A DNA stretch of 53,367 nucleotides, the filler included, from Streblomastix strix (lineage: Eukaryota): NCBI GenBank assembly GCA_008636045.1. It is 2 parts of 2 records of this genome, joined end to end, with 100 filler letters (N's around TTAATTAATTAA, not from the genome) between each part and the next. Parts side by side here need not be neighbours in the genome. Positions count along the whole stretch, not along the records: positions 1 to 26,659 come from SNRW01000159.1; positions 26,760 to 53,367 come from SNRW01000160.1. One strand, given 5' to 3'. Below the pieces are notes generated by a model. That model worked only from the letters and a program-made list of their open reading frames with translations. It did not search any database and was not told the DNA's origin. Below, piece by piece: positions 25,101 to 38,810 of this stretch. The position numbers were made by a program, and so were the translations under genes. Position 1 is the stretch's first letter; each line of letters starts with the position of its first letter.

Positions 25101-26659
25101 CCAGACTAGTAGAAGAATTGATTTTTGATAATTATTAAGACAACGGAGAATTATCTTATGGTGATGAAATAGAAGAAGCAGGAGAAGAAATTAATAGAGA
25201 TTGTGAAAAAGAAAACTATGATTAAATATTATTATCATTTTAATTAGAAATGTAATAAGTGTTGGGATTAGTAAAGACTTATGGATTAGTTTCTCTTTCA
25301 TCATTATTCTCTCTCATATTTTCTATTGTATTCACATTTGCAATTAAAGATTCATTTTCATCCTAATTTTCTCTTTCAAACTTTTATTATATTTGAGAAG
25401 ATGACGAAAATTGGGAGATAGAAGGTGAGTTAGGATGAGATTGAATATATTGCATTGAATTAGATATTTATAAAGGAGAAAATTGCGGAGAAAAAGATTA
25501 CGGATCTTAAAATTAATTAGGAAGTAATATATTTTAAATATAAGGATTATATTTATTAATATTCATAATAGGGTTAATTTTATTTGTTTATAAATGAGTA
25601 TTTGGGATTTCAGGTACAGGTGGAGGAGGAGGTGGTATATCAATTGATTGATTTGTTTTTTACCAGTTTTAATAATTAATAATAAGAAGAAAAATCTAAT
25701 AATAAAGTATTTTCACCCGTAATTCCAAAAAGTATTTCTATTTCTTGTATTATTATTGTTATTCTTTTTATTATTCCAATTATTTTCTAATTTCATCTTG
25801 ATTCTATTCTAAATAATGATTTTTATTTAATTCTGTTCTTTTTTATTATATTTTTTATTTGTTTGTTTTTTTAGCTTTTTGTTATTTAACTTTCTTCCCA
25901 ATTATTTTCTTTTCCTTATTCTAATTATTTGTGTTTTTATTTTCATTATCTTTATCGTCAGAATGTTATATAGAAGGAGATGGTTATGAAAGTTATTATG
26001 ATGAAGATTACGATGTTGAAGGTTAAGATGATGATGAAGAAGATAGTTACGAAAAAGAAGACGATGATAATAATGATAATGATGGTTAATTTGTAGACAA
26101 AAGTGAAGTAGAAAGTAATGAATCTGGAAGAGTAGGTGAATTGGAAGGAGAATAATTAAATCTTTTCTTTTATTGAGAAGATTGTTATTATTTATTTCTT
26201 GTAATCCTTGGTGTTAATTAATCAATAGTATTAATTCTACTGTTACTTCTTAAAATTCTTACTGAATTGTTTTTATATAAACTGTCATCATTATCATCTT
26301 ATTCATTATCATCGATCTCTGAATGCGCACTAACTAATTATTCTTCATTTTGTTTTTCTTTATCTTCTTATTCATCCTATTCTTTTTTACCTTATTCCTT
26401 TGTATCTTACTCACTTGTATTTTACTCATTTTCATCTTACTCTTTTTCATCTTATTCTTATTCTTTCTCTTCTTTTCCCTCGTCTATTTCTTCTTCTTCT
26501 TCTTCAACTTCCATCTTTTCCTCCTTTTTTTCTATTTTCTATTTAATTTTTTTCCCTTTCCTTTTTCTTTCTCTTTATTTCTACATTTTCCTCTTTTTTC
26601 TCTCTTATCTTCTTTATTATTAAATTTATTCCCTCATATATTATTATTGGGATTTATTA
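22200..26659 (-). CDS. Large low-complexity Q/S/N/E/K-rich host protein, 5' end cut by contig end
   Basis: Long TAR=Gln frames with E/K coils, SP-rich tracts and a PPPPPVP motif (~25615-25640); ends approximate. Confidence 0.5.
22350..23883. repeat. ~270 bp near-identical direct repeat (22350-22618 and 23613-23883)
   Basis: TTCCTTCTTTTCTCTTTTCC...AATCAAAGCTTTCATAATTTAATG occurs twice with only a handful of substitutions. Confidence 0.9.
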
Positions 26660-26759
26660 NNNNNNNNNNNNNNNNNNNNNNNNNNNNNNNNNNNNNNNNN
26701 NNNTTAATTAATTAANNNNNNNNNNNNNNNNNNNNNNNNNNNNNNNNNNNNNNNNNNNN
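26660..26759. other. Artificial contig-joining linker
   Basis: N44-TTAATTAATTAA-N44, 100 nt total; stops in all six standard frames. Confidence 0.95.
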
Positions 26760-28519
26760 TTAAAATCAACCTGCAATGGTGAGATTGCTATTCATCTGGA
26801 AGATAATACTCACTCTGAGAGTTTAGTAATCAAAGACTATTTATCCAAAACAGAAGTTTCAATTGAAGGATTTAATACATTAGGAGTTGTTATTGGATAA
26901 ACTGAATGGAACAGAGACATTGAAAATGATTTCATATTAACTATTGATGAATCATCCACTATAAGTCTTAGATTGAAGAATATTATATTCATTGGAGCAG
27001 GAGTAGTGAAATTAGATGGAGATTCGTGGGTTTTGATTGAATAAAGCTCATTCCAATTACCGATAACTACCAGAAATGATGTAGTTGGATCTCAATATCC
27101 ATTCATAAGTGCAGCAAAAGGAGTTCTAGAAGTTAAACAATGTTCATTTGGTACTGATGAAGGTACTACAAACATTGGATCTCCTGCTATCTCAGTGAAA
27201 TCAGGATGTATAAAGTTCATATGTTCAATATCAAGTTTTTCTAATTTACTTTCTGGTGCTATTGATTTAGAAGTTGGAATTTCGTCAACAGCACAAATTG
27301 AAGAATCCAAATTCAATAAATGTGGATCTGAAGTTGCTTTATCAGGAGGAGTATATGTTATTGGATAATATAATGAAGATGAAGAAGATTGTGATGATGA
27401 AGATGCACCACCACCACCAGTCGATTAACCTGGAAGTGAACCTGGATATCCAGGATAAGAAGGATATGGATAAATAAATAATGAATAATCAAATATTAAT
27501 ATAAATATTGATCATTAGAATAAGACTAAGAAGAATAAATGCAAAGGAGATGGAGAAACTGAACCTTCTGTTGATCCTCCTGGACCTTTACCACATCCAA
27601 GAACTGGAATAAAGAAATATAAAAGTCAATATAAACATTAGATTAAGAGTAAGAGTGATACTCCAGTTGTATATCCATGTGATTAACCAATACATGGGTA
27701 TCCTGAATAACACCAACCAGATGATGGATAAGGAAGTGAAGGATCAGATTGTTATTATTATGATGATGATTATATTTATGACAGAGATATTGGTAAAGTA
27801 TCAATTAAAGGGAATTAGTTCTATGAATGCTATGGGAGAATAGCAGGTGGAATCTTATTTGGAGAGAGAGTATTACCAATCAGTGCAACTGGTAATCATT
27901 TCTTCTAAAACACAGCTCTTGATGCTGAAGGAGCTAAAGACATTATTTTCTAATCAAAGGTACTTCTTGATAGAGCTGGAGGTATTGAAATAGTTGCTTC
28001 AGGATATGTTCAGGTCTAATAATAAGATTAGACATATGAAGGATAAGTGAAGATCTCAGGGTATAATTCTAACTTCGCATAATATCTGAACTGTAAAACA
28101 GAATCAAAGGAAGAAGTTGATTGTAAAGAGATTCCAGAGGGAGGATAAGTTGTTATACCGATGTATCCATAACCAGAAGAAGGAGAAGATATTGCAATTG
28201 GAATTGGAATTGATGATGGACATTATGATAGGAAAGATATAAGTGATGATGATTCTGGTAATTAATTAGGAATAGGAGTTATTGTTGGTATTATTGTTGG
28301 TTGTGTTGCTGTTGTAGCTGTAGTGGCTGTTATAATTGTACTTGTTGTATAATTCAAGGTTTGTAAGAATATGATAAGAAGAAAATTTATTTTAATACTA
28401 TTTATATTAATATTATATATTACTATTATTCTATTTCATATATATGAAAGTCTAAAAAGTCAAGCACAACTGGGATATAACAATCTACAGGCAATGAAGT
28501 TTAAATAAGCAAAGAGTGA
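26760..28519 (+). CDS. C-terminal part of type I membrane surface protein (beta-helix/Pmp-like repeats)
   Basis: Open with TAR=Gln; FxxC..GGVY/GGIL repeats; TM GIGVIVGIIVGCVAVVAVVAVIIVLVV; intron ~28359-28449; short tail ending ISKE*. Confidence 0.75.
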
Positions 28520-28924
28520 TGGATTAATAAAGTAAGAAGAAAAGTTGTATTTATTTGGTGCAGTAGTTATTGCACTATTTAATCTATATTTATTTTAATT
28601 AACTTCTGACAGCAACACGTTTAATAGTCAACCAATGTAACTTATTAATAAATAATATAGGTTTTAATAAACGTCAGACTAAAATTACTCAAATATATTT
28701 AATAATTTCTTTTATTTGATTAGATCATATAATGTAAAATAGATATGTAGAAAGAAATAAAAATAGCAAATTTAAAGCTAATTAAATTAAAACAAGCAAA
28801 AAGCATATAATTATATCATTTTATCTCTGAAAAAATAAAAAAAATGAAAAATTAACATGAGTAGAGTGAAATTTCAAAGACTATTAATAATAAAAGATAA
28901 CAATTAAGATTAACAAATAAATGA

Positions 28925-31900
28925 TCATTCTATGAATAAAAATTATTCATTATATAATCTTGGTCAATCCAACCTTCAATACTTTGCTTATAATCAAGAA
29001 TCTTTACAATAATTCTCCATAACCCATTTTTCAGCTTAAATAATCTAATCCTCATCACCATCAAGAAGTATACTTTCACAATTACGAAGAGGAGCAATTC
29101 TTTCTAAACATAACATTATCAATTACCATCCTTTACGAATAGCATCTGATAGAACTGCTGGTTATAATTCTTTCACTGCTTAAGGTCCAATTGTTGTTTG
29201 TTTGATCAATTAATAGATGATTTCATTGCAAAACTCACGTTCTAATATTCAATACTCATAATTGACTATGCTACTGTTTAGGGGTGTTTTTTTGCGGGAA
29301 AAAGTCCATTTTTCCGCAGATTCAAAATATTGAGTTGCGGAAATCCCCATAAAAAATTTTGAAAAAAATAAAAAAATTTTTTTTAAATAATTTGCTTAAA
29401 ATATGTTATTTTTATAATAAAATAATTATTATTATGTGAAATATTAGAATGAATATTTGTTTTTTTATGTGAATGCTGAAATTGAAAAAAATATTTTACA
29501 TCCATTTATCACCTAATAGATACAATTTTTGTCTTGAAAAAATATATTATTTTAAGTTTAACTATCATTTTATAATATTTTGAAAAATTTTATTAAACTT
29601 TAACTTGTTATTCTGAGATTTTTGACTAAAATGTTTTTTATAGAATCTAACAAAATTTTTTTCATATTTTTCTGCTTAAAATCACATCATAAATTTGTGT
29701 ACTTTATATTAACATGGTTGTCATATAATTATTATAATTAAATAATAAATTTAGTTTAATTTAACGATTGAATTATTAATTTTATTTAAAATTTGAAATA
29801 TTTTCATAGATTAAAATAATTTATATTTAAATTTATAACAATTCTATACAATTTAATTATTTTTATTAATTTATTAAATGTTTAATAAAATTTAATTAGA
29901 AACTACTGAAAATTTCCAAATAATAACAATTAAAAGAAAACGCGATCCTCTGTCGTAACCAGTTTGAGTATAAAAGAAGGAATGTTTAAATCTTTGGAAT
30001 TATTATTCTACTTTATACAAAAGAGATTAAAATTGTATAATTTATTTATAGTTTCTCATTATTTGACACTTTTATTTTTTAGTATGCATTATTAAGCCAT
30101 TTACAAGTAGATAATAACAATTCTAACTAAAATAACCCATTTTTCGACATTTTAAATTAATTTGTTTTAATTATATATATTATTTTAATTTGTATTTTTT
30201 TCAAATTATATTATTAATAATAATAAAAATATATAATTTTAAACATTCATGAATTTATAAATATTTTCATTTATTGATTAAATAAAAATAAATAATAAAT
30301 CATAATATTCATTAAAACTAAAAAATTCTTATAAAATTATGTTTAAATGAAACCAATCTTGAAAAAAATACTTTTGAAACAAGTTCGAATTTTCATTATT
30401 ATGTTGATTCTACAAATAATATTGAAAATAATTAATATAAATTAATATAAATTATATTGTAATATGTTCATTAAAAGATAAAAAATATCAAACCAGATTC
30501 ATTCCAGTGTTTGTTTCGATCAACATGAAATTCATGTAACTATCTTTTGTACAAACATTCTCCAAGTTTATCAATGTTAAATAAATTTCTTCTAAATTTT
30601 GCTAAATCAGACACACTTGCCACATACGAAGTCAGTTATCGTGATAATTTCTTCGTTGTTATCCAGTTCTCGACATCTTAAGCAAATTGTTCATATTACA
30701 ATATAAGGAAAGGTGTCCATGTATTCTAATTAGTTTATCAAAAATAAATAAAGAATCTCTAAAAAAATATTATAGCAAACATCAATATCAATGCAAAATA
30801 TTTTCACTTGAAGCTTAAAAAATGAAGATTTGTTTTCGTAACCTTTCATCTGTGCAGCATCTACTAATATATATGAAAGAAATCTACTGATGTAGTCCAT
30901 CGTACTAGGCACATGTCCTCCACCATATGATGCATTTGTATGATTTGATTAATTCTGGCTTTGATAATTACTATTCTGTTGTTATTATCGACTACTTGGT
31001 TGACTGCATAGACGAATATTCTATAGCGTTTATCTATTACCATGCTATGTTAACTACCTTGGCGATTGATATAATAGTTTTACAGTCACAATACCAACGC
31101 TGAATATATCTGAAGTAAAATTAGTCCAATATCATAAAAAATATATTCAAATTAAAATTAAATATCTATAATAATGAAATTATTAATTGGAAATTAATTA
31201 AAAATCTATTAAAATTATGTAATAACGATGTAATGAATTGGATTATTATTTTGTTTTTATTTTGCATTTTTACATTTATAAAATAGGTACAATGAAAAAA
31301 ATACAACAAAAAATTATTATTATATTTTGCAAAAGATTAAACATTGAGTTGACATTATTATTTAAACAGAAATTAGTGGAAAAATACAGTTTTAAAAAAT
31401 AAAGTAAATTTTTGAGTAGTTATAATAATAAATAAATTTATCGAGTAAATATATCTTAATATATAATAATATTAATTTAATTTTATGAACAGATTTAAAT
31501 ATATACTAATAGGTCTTTGAATTTTAATAAGAAATTAAAAAAGCCTTAATTCTCGAAGCAGCAAGTGCGGATAAAAATAAATGTAAAATTTCGGGTTAAT
31601 ATATATTATATAACAATATTTTGTAGTTAAATTTAATCCGCAGTCCTTTTTGCGGATCCGCCCGCAATTGCCTAATTTTTTTCCGCAAAAAAACACCCTT
31701 ACTACTGTTGACATTAATTAATTAGTTTTTTTATCTGATTCAGAAGTTATCAATCTTTATCCAAATCCAAAGTTCAATTTCAATCCTTAATATACGAGAA
31801 TATTATCAAAATTTTTCAAAGCAAGTTTTTCTTTATCTTTTTCTATTGAAATCAAAATTGGTGTTTTAAATGAGAGTGTTTACATCTGCATCATTTCTCC

Positions 31901-32265
31901 AGGTAGTATTTATATTTTAATAAAAAATTCTTTTGTATGTTTCCTGAAATATTATTCAGCAAAACTCGGTTTAATAAATTATTGGATTTCTTTCTTTAAA
32001 CCAGAAGGAAATGTTTTAATTACAATCTCATGTTCATCATCTTTTGAAGAACGATTTTATATTTACTATTATTATTTTGATTTAAAATTTTGAATTAGAG
32101 GAGCTACAGTAATATTTTGTTTTGTTTCTGATATTCTTCTTATAGAATTTTCTTTTTTATTTTGTTATTATTAAAATTCTTCATCTGAAATTGAATGTGA
32201 AATTGAAGGAGGTGATTTCTTTTGTATTTATGGTTATTTTGGAACTATTAATAAAATATTGATTT
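28925..32265 (-). pseudogene. MyTH4-domain protein pseudogene interrupted by DNA transposon
   Basis: Removing 29279-31709 joins LMSTV|AQSIMSI(fs)ILEREFCNEIIYQLIKQTT...RKGWQLIMLCLERIAP, the MyTH4 signature; upstream YAEQYFRKH. Confidence 0.7.
29279..31701. mobile_element. Non-autonomous hAT-like DNA transposon (2423 bp)
   Basis: TIRs TAGGGGTGTTTTTTTGCGG / CCGCAAAAAAACACCCTTA; perfect 8-bp TSD CTACTGTT at 29271-29278 and 31702-31709; subterminal GCGG/CCGC repeats. Confidence 0.9.
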
Positions 32266-33039
32266 GTTATCCCCGTATTTCTTTATCTCACCTCTTTATT
32301 GAGATACCATTGTGGCTCCAATATGGTCGGTTCACGTCCAGGAATCCGACCTATGGGGTGGCCTATTTGATGTGGCAAAGAATTCATATAAGAAAAAACA
32401 ACTTTACAAAAGTAATAACAATTATATGCGAATCCCGGTAAAGAGATTTCGGCAAAACGAGGCAAGACAAGAAGAAATTAAAAATATATTAGTCAAAGTG
32501 GTAAAAAATTAAATAATAAAAACCCTCTGAGAAAAATACTGATTAACGTTAATAAAAAACCCGGTTAAATATATATAAATTTAGTAAAAATTTTAGATAA
32601 AACTGAGTTTAGAGTAAAAAAATTGGTTTGAAAAAACTTCTATCGTGGGGAAAGTAAACGAATAAGATTAAAAACCCAAATAAAATTGATAAATTAATGG
32701 TTTAACTGCTCTCATGAGGAAAAGAAAATGTAGAATCTCGTTGAAAAACCTCAGAGAATAATGGTACAAGTATAAAAAAATATGTCAAACTATTAAAATT
32801 TAAAATTAAATGCGTTGATCCTTCATTAACTGCTTAATCATTCTTGGAGGATTGGTTTAATTTTACTCATTCGCCTATTTCTTCTTCACATTCGTCGATG
32901 CAACTCGTTAAAAACATCTCTTTATCAATAATCCGTTATCAAACTTATCAAACTTTGACAGAGGAATGTCCTTATCTTTGCAATATCATTCCATGCGCTT
33001 CAGCCCACCTTCAGCATCATTCCGCTTGTTCGATTCTTC

Positions 33040-34210
33040 AGTTCTCTAGGGAATTCTCTCCTTATTTCTATTTCACTTTGGGTTAGGATACATATTTTGG
33101 GTGGGCCAGAGGTGAGAAAAGGAGATATGGGTATAACAAATCATTACCCTGTCTCTAAGGGAGATGAGGATAATAATTGGTTACCACCTTCTCTCCTTAT
33201 CTCACCTCTTTATTGAGATACCTAATATCACCTTTCATTAACTTTGCCAGGATTATTTGTTAATTACATAGCTATTTCATTAATTTTTGTCGACGATGCG
33301 AAAATGTAGTATTATTGAACAGTACGTGAGTTTTAGGAGTGATGTGTAAAGGTAGCGAGATCTCTTTCAGGTATACCTAGCTTTGCAAGTTCTGTTGTTG
33401 CTGAGTGTCGTATTGAATATGCTGATGTTCCTATTCTTTTCAGCTCTTTTAATAATTTTGTGAATTGTAGACTGAAATCTTTTGTAGTTATTGGTTTATT
33501 AAAGCCCTTGTGCCACAATAAAGAGTCTGTACCTTTTGGAAATTGTTTCTTTAGTCTATCAATCCATTCGTATATAGCTAGCTTTGAGCTTAGTTTCTCA
33601 TTATCAGTCTCGTCTACTTCATTTGTTTCTATAGCATTTGCTAGTTTTGGTGCTAATCTTTGCGATGCTTGATTCTCTGTTTTGGTAACATTTGAGAATT
33701 TTAACCTTATTTCGGCTGTTTCATTTGGTCAGAAGAAGCATACTGACATCAGTAAGGAAGCTATCTTTACCTGTAGGTCATAGTTATTTAAGTATTTATT
33801 TTGTTTTGATTATCTCCAGTGGTTAGATAGTATTTGGATATTCCAGATGTTTTGATATCTTCTATGTGGTATTATTGCATTTACTAATGCTTTATTAATT
33901 AGTTTTGAGGTTGTTGAGGAAGCTAAATTCTCTTTATATATAAGAGATAACTTTGTAGTTAGACAAGCTTTGAGCGATTTAACTGATGCGACTGAGTTGT
34001 TTTATCTTGTATGGAAAGCAATTACTTCTGTTAATATTGCTTCTGCATCTTTCTTCATCATTTCATCTATTGTTATTTTTTCAATATCCAACCAATCCTG
34101 TAATAATGCTAGGAAGTAAAAATCTCTCTTAATTGTATTAAATCTTTATCCTTTGAATAGTTATTTGAATCCTTCTTCTGAGAATCCTCTCATCTTCATA
34201 CATCTCATTA
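33040..34210 (-). pseudogene. Tyrosine recombinase of DIRS element
   Basis: LASLL-like IASLLMSVCFF*PNE (catalytic Arg codon now TGA), AYSIRHSATTELAKLG, FTHHS, TVQQYY. Confidence 0.85.
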
Positions 34211-34700
34211 GCAAGTCTCTTCGTACCTCTGCGACAGGTCCAGAAGGAAGGCGCCCACATTGCCTGGAGGAAGTTTTTGATCCTTGTCCTTCATTTTCTG
34301 TCCCATCTTCAGGATTTTATCTGATTATCCAAGGAAAAGGAATTTAATGGATAAATTCTTTAGTTTGGTGTACCACGATTGTCCCGGCCAAATCGGTGCT
34401 ATTATTATTCCTTGTGCTTTGTCTTATTTCATTTTCTGTAATACTCTATTTAATACTGGTATTGGTGGATGGATATATAGTTTGACTTTGCTCCATTTAT
34501 AGTTAAACGCGTTATGGAAGTGTGTTCCCAGATCGTTGAGATCCACTGTTACATAGTTATTAATTAGTTTATTATACTGTGTTGCGAATATGTCTATCTG
34601 TGGCATGTAGTTCCATGTCTTACAGTTTATTTAAATCATTCCGTCCCTCAGTGTGTAATCCTCCGATCTGCATAGTTTCGAGAGTGAATCTGTCGTTGCG
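34200..34700 (-). pseudogene. RNase H C-terminus plus N6-adenine methyltransferase-like domain of DIRS pol
   Basis: DSLSKL, IDIFATQYN, NAFNYKW, LYIHPPIPVL, IIAPIWPGQSWY, LPPG. Confidence 0.8.
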
Positions 34701-34759
34701 AGCTAGATTCAGTCATCGTAGAGAGACTCGAGTAGCAGTTAGACTCCTAGGCGCAAAGT

Positions 34760-36136
34760 GTCACCTAGACCCCCTGCAGCGCAACTGCGGTAGGATGAAA
34801 TTAAAATCGCCGACGCTGACGATGAAGCTAATAAATTGGATGACAACCTTCTTGATTATAATGAAATGTATGATGAATTTATTAATCTAAACCGGAGGAA
34901 AGTAATGTTCAACAGCAAAGTCAGCAGAATCTTCATTACAAAAAATGATGAACCAGTCGGTGAAGTTTAACACAATGGCATTTCTGACGAGTCAAAATCA
35001 ATCATTTCATTCAAAAGATTTGCTTTTGAATCGGACAGCCATTAAAAGGCATGGGTGTTATCCATTTGAAATGATTTACTAGGCGAGTATGTTTAGAGCT
35101 CCAGATCAAGTATATCATCTAAAGATTTTGAAAGCAATCTTACGCGCAAGTCTTTAACTAACAGTGGAGTTGCAATTGACAGAAATATGAAAGCATTGAA
35201 ACACAGAAGATTATCCATCGATGAAGAAAACGACTTATTGGCCTAATCCTCTCTGAATCAGCAACAACATGTCAATATTTGGTAAAATATTGCATCAATT
35301 GAAGTGAATCAATAGGTTAGAAATGATGAAACCAGTATAACACCAATACATGCAGCTGCAGCAATCAGTTTCGCGACAGGAACATAAAATGCTCTCCAGA
35401 TGTCCTTTTAACAGTAATTTGATAATTAGTTCAAGAAATATGCTGAATATGAGTCCAGATAAGAATAAGAAACAGCTATAAAATTGAGATAAATACTCGA
35501 AGGAATCTGTTGGAGGGAATTCAAGAATTTTGATCCGAAATCTGTAGTAATATCTCCAATGGAAATATAGATTCTAGTTTCAAAAATTTGGTGGAAGCAT
35601 GCTAACAGATTATGGAAAGTTCCATTCATTGCTCCATCCGCTATGAAGAGATATTCCCGATTGTTCGCAATGCGATTGAATCATCTTGAGCTATTTAACA
35701 TGTATTTCTGGATCTACTTTTGAATGTCGCAATTGGTAATACTGAAAAGTTAATAAATAAGTTAATTGATGGGTACAAATTATCGGTATTAGCAACAAAT
35801 GATGCATAGCTCGTAAGAGAACAAATAGCTGGCGGTGTTTATGAAAAACCAGATAGGATAGAAATCTATTCAGATACAACTAAAACTATGATGGTTGAAA
35901 ATAGGAAAATATCTTAATCAAATTTTAAGTTTCCCCGCTTCAATAACTTGAAATCGTTCAATCTGGAGCGGACAAACCAGAGAATGAAACAAGGAAATAG
36001 TGGAAAAATAAGAAAAGTAGGATAAGGAAATCTTAAAGGAAATAATTTTAAACGATGGAATGGGTTCAAGTCTAACAACAATAATGATAAAGACCCAAAT
36101 TCACTCTCGGAGGAGGAAAAGGAGAAGCGTTTTTGA
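34760..36136 (+). pseudogene. Gag-like ORF1 of DIRS element
   Basis: Mostly open helical ORF upstream of RT with R/G/N-rich C-terminus; in-frame TGAs; call is by position. Confidence 0.5.
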
Positions 36137-36884
36137 GTCTGAATTAATAGAATAACCAAAAAGTGTAGTGTAACACAACTTAGATCAACGTTGCTATCCA
36201 GAATCTGCTGGATTAGAGTAACGTGATATAAGCTAGTGTTCCTCACTACACATATAGATAGATTATGAATAATAGGAGTGACACGCCTTATCCCTACGTT
36301 CTTACTTAGAATCATAATCTAAGTCAATGTAACGTGTGAAAGGTTAGTGTTCCCAAATAGGAATTAACAATTCCAAATAATACTTAATAAATTTTCAAGA
36401 AATAAACAATTAACCAACTCAAAGACAACAATCTCCAGACCTTGAATCAGGATAAGCAATTCATATATCTATATCAAGTGAATATACTCCAACAGCATAA
36501 GCAATAAAATACTAACCAGACACGTAATTTTGGTGGAACAGTGTTAGAGAATGGTAATCAATAAATCCAATCTCCAAACAATAATAATCATATAAATACT
36601 AAAGTTCAATTAATAATACCTAATAAATAGGCGTTTATCTGAGTGAACAACAAGAAACTACACTGCGGATCAGCAGCAACCTACATAATATGTCACATCC
36701 GTTATATCAATATAATCAACCAACAACAGACATCAAACCATAGTTTATCCCAATTAAAGCAATTCCACAGTAGTAAGACTCCAAAACCTTAACATCATTC
36801 CATACACTTCAGACAATCCCATCAACACAACAGAATAATTCCAGCGAAGTTTTTTATAGATCTCCACCATACAATCTCATAGAC

Positions 36885-38810
36885 ATGAAATTCCCTATTG
36901 GAGGCAGATTAAAACAATTCAGAAACGCATGGCAATAACTTGGGGCATGGGAGATAGTAAACGTAGGAATTCAAGCTAAAATGAATATCATCAGATAGTT
37001 TAGAGTATCTCGAGAGGAATAGAAGAATTCCAGACTAAACAAGTGCTTTGAATTGCGAAAAATAGCTGGAAAGTCTGATAATGAAAGAATTACAAAATAA
37101 AATAATAGAAGAAGTGAAAGAAAATACGAAAAAATGGTTCAATCCTATGTTTGCGGTACCAAAGAAAGGTCGACGTAAATGGAAGAAAATAACAGATTAT
37201 TCAGAGTTAAACGATCAATTGTAAGAAGAACATTTCAAAATGGAGGATATTCATGAACTGAGAGAGCTGCTGAAATCGTTCGATTGGATGATCAAGATAA
37301 ATATAGAAAATGCATATCATCATGTAACTGTGAATAATAACCTTAAGAATTATATGGCCTTCAAAATCAAGGATAAGACATATAGATACATAGGGATACC
37401 ATTTGGCTTAAACATGCCCCATTCGTGCTCAACAAAACCATGAGACCTGTAATGAAGAACTTCAGAGAAATACTGGGTATAAGATGTTTAGCATATTGCG
37501 ACGACCTGATCTTTCTCAGCTAAAGCAAGGATCAACTCCAATTGTAAGTTCCATAGATAGTTAACAAACTTGGATCGCTGGGTTGGGGCATCTCCGAAGA
37601 TAAGTCGTTATTAATTCCAACTCAAAAGGTAGAGTTTTTTAGCTGGGTAATCAATTCTTCAGAAGATCAGATATCAATGACAATACAAAGAAGAACAGAG
37701 ATGATCACAATTCTTTCGAAATGGAGGAAAATATCACAACTATAATATCCAATGAAAATCAAATACTTGGCCAGCATGATAGGCAAGATTAATTTCTTCA
37801 AACTCTAGTTTAAAAGAGGGGGAGTTCATATGAGGATATTGAATCAAATGAAAAGCAATTCAGCACAGACATACAGATGGAAGGGCTATCTGCGGATGGG
37901 TAGAAAAGTATTACCAGAAATATTCTGGTGGATTAATTAAGTCAGAATTATCAAACCAATCAGAGCTACAATACTCCCTGTAGAAGCCATTCTGAGAACG
38001 GATGCCTCAGAAGATGGATGGGGAACAGAATTAGAAATATTGAATTCAAAAATGAAGATTAAAGAGAGTGAGAAATGGACAAAAGAAAACTGGTGACTGA
38101 TAAGTTCGAATCAGAGAGAGACTGCCGCTATCGTCTTAAGCATACGTAGATTAGAACATTATTCGAACGTTGGTAAAATCAGTAGTCTGAGGATCGAGAC
38201 AGATAACAAGGTTGCAGCCTTTAACATTAGAAGAGGAGCAGCAGCAATTGCATTAGTTAAATTAACAGATCGTATTCTTTAAGAAGCAGAGAGTTTGGAA
38301 ATACAACTAACATCTCTTCACGTCCCAGGAAAAGAAAATTAAGTAGCTTATTCATTATCTCGCCTGGAAATAATTGGAAATTATATGATTAACTCAGCAG
38401 TTTTATCAGAAGCTCTAGAACTCCTCCTGATCCAATCTTCAATCGACGTATTCGCAAACAGAAACAATAGATAATGTAGAAGGTTTTGTTCACTGATAGC
38501 CGACCCATGGGCAGTTAAATAGGATGGATTGACAATCTCTTGGAAAAAGAAATACCACTGATACATCCTCCCATTCCACTGATTCAAAGATCACTAAACA
38601 AACTCGATAACGAAGGAGGAATCGCAGTGTTCATACATCCAAGATGGACAGCACAAGCTTGGTGGACTGATTTGTAAAGAACGATGATATAAAATGTAGT
38701 TATAGGTCCTTGCCAAGAGTTCTTAGAGGCTGGTGGAAGAATGCGAATGAAAAGGAGACATCTACCACCAGGCCAATTATAAATTTCAGTGCTAGAAGGA
38801 AGGAAGGCGA
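36885..38810 (+). pseudogene. Reverse transcriptase - RNase H - MTase-like polyprotein
   Basis: PIGGRLKQF, NPMFAVPKK, HFKMED, GIPFGL, AYCDD (37494-37505), TDASEDGWG, SNQRETAA, ETDN, HVPGKEN, IDVFAN, IHPPIPL; frameshifts. Confidence 0.92.

Larger units (their letters stand above)
32266..34700 (-). mobile_element. DIRS-type tyrosine-recombinase retrotransposon, 3' half (5'-truncated)
   Basis: RNase H end, MTase-like domain and YR ORF followed by a 3' non-coding end carrying a 26-bp internal repeat. Confidence 0.85.

Noticed and set aside
23473..26715. Hydrophobic F/L/I/S-rich plus-strand ORFs in the track (e.g. 23473-23823, 26267-26623, 26350-26715)
   Set aside because: Antisense shadows of E/K/N-rich minus-strand coding sequence, not membrane proteins
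26704..26715. Palindromic TTAATTAATTAA
   Set aside because: Synthetic linker, not biological
36885..38400. RT as part of a retron, DGR or group II intron acting on the fibre genes
   Set aside because: RT-RNaseH-MT-YR order is DIRS; it lies on a different contig from the virus; no template/variable repeat pair seen
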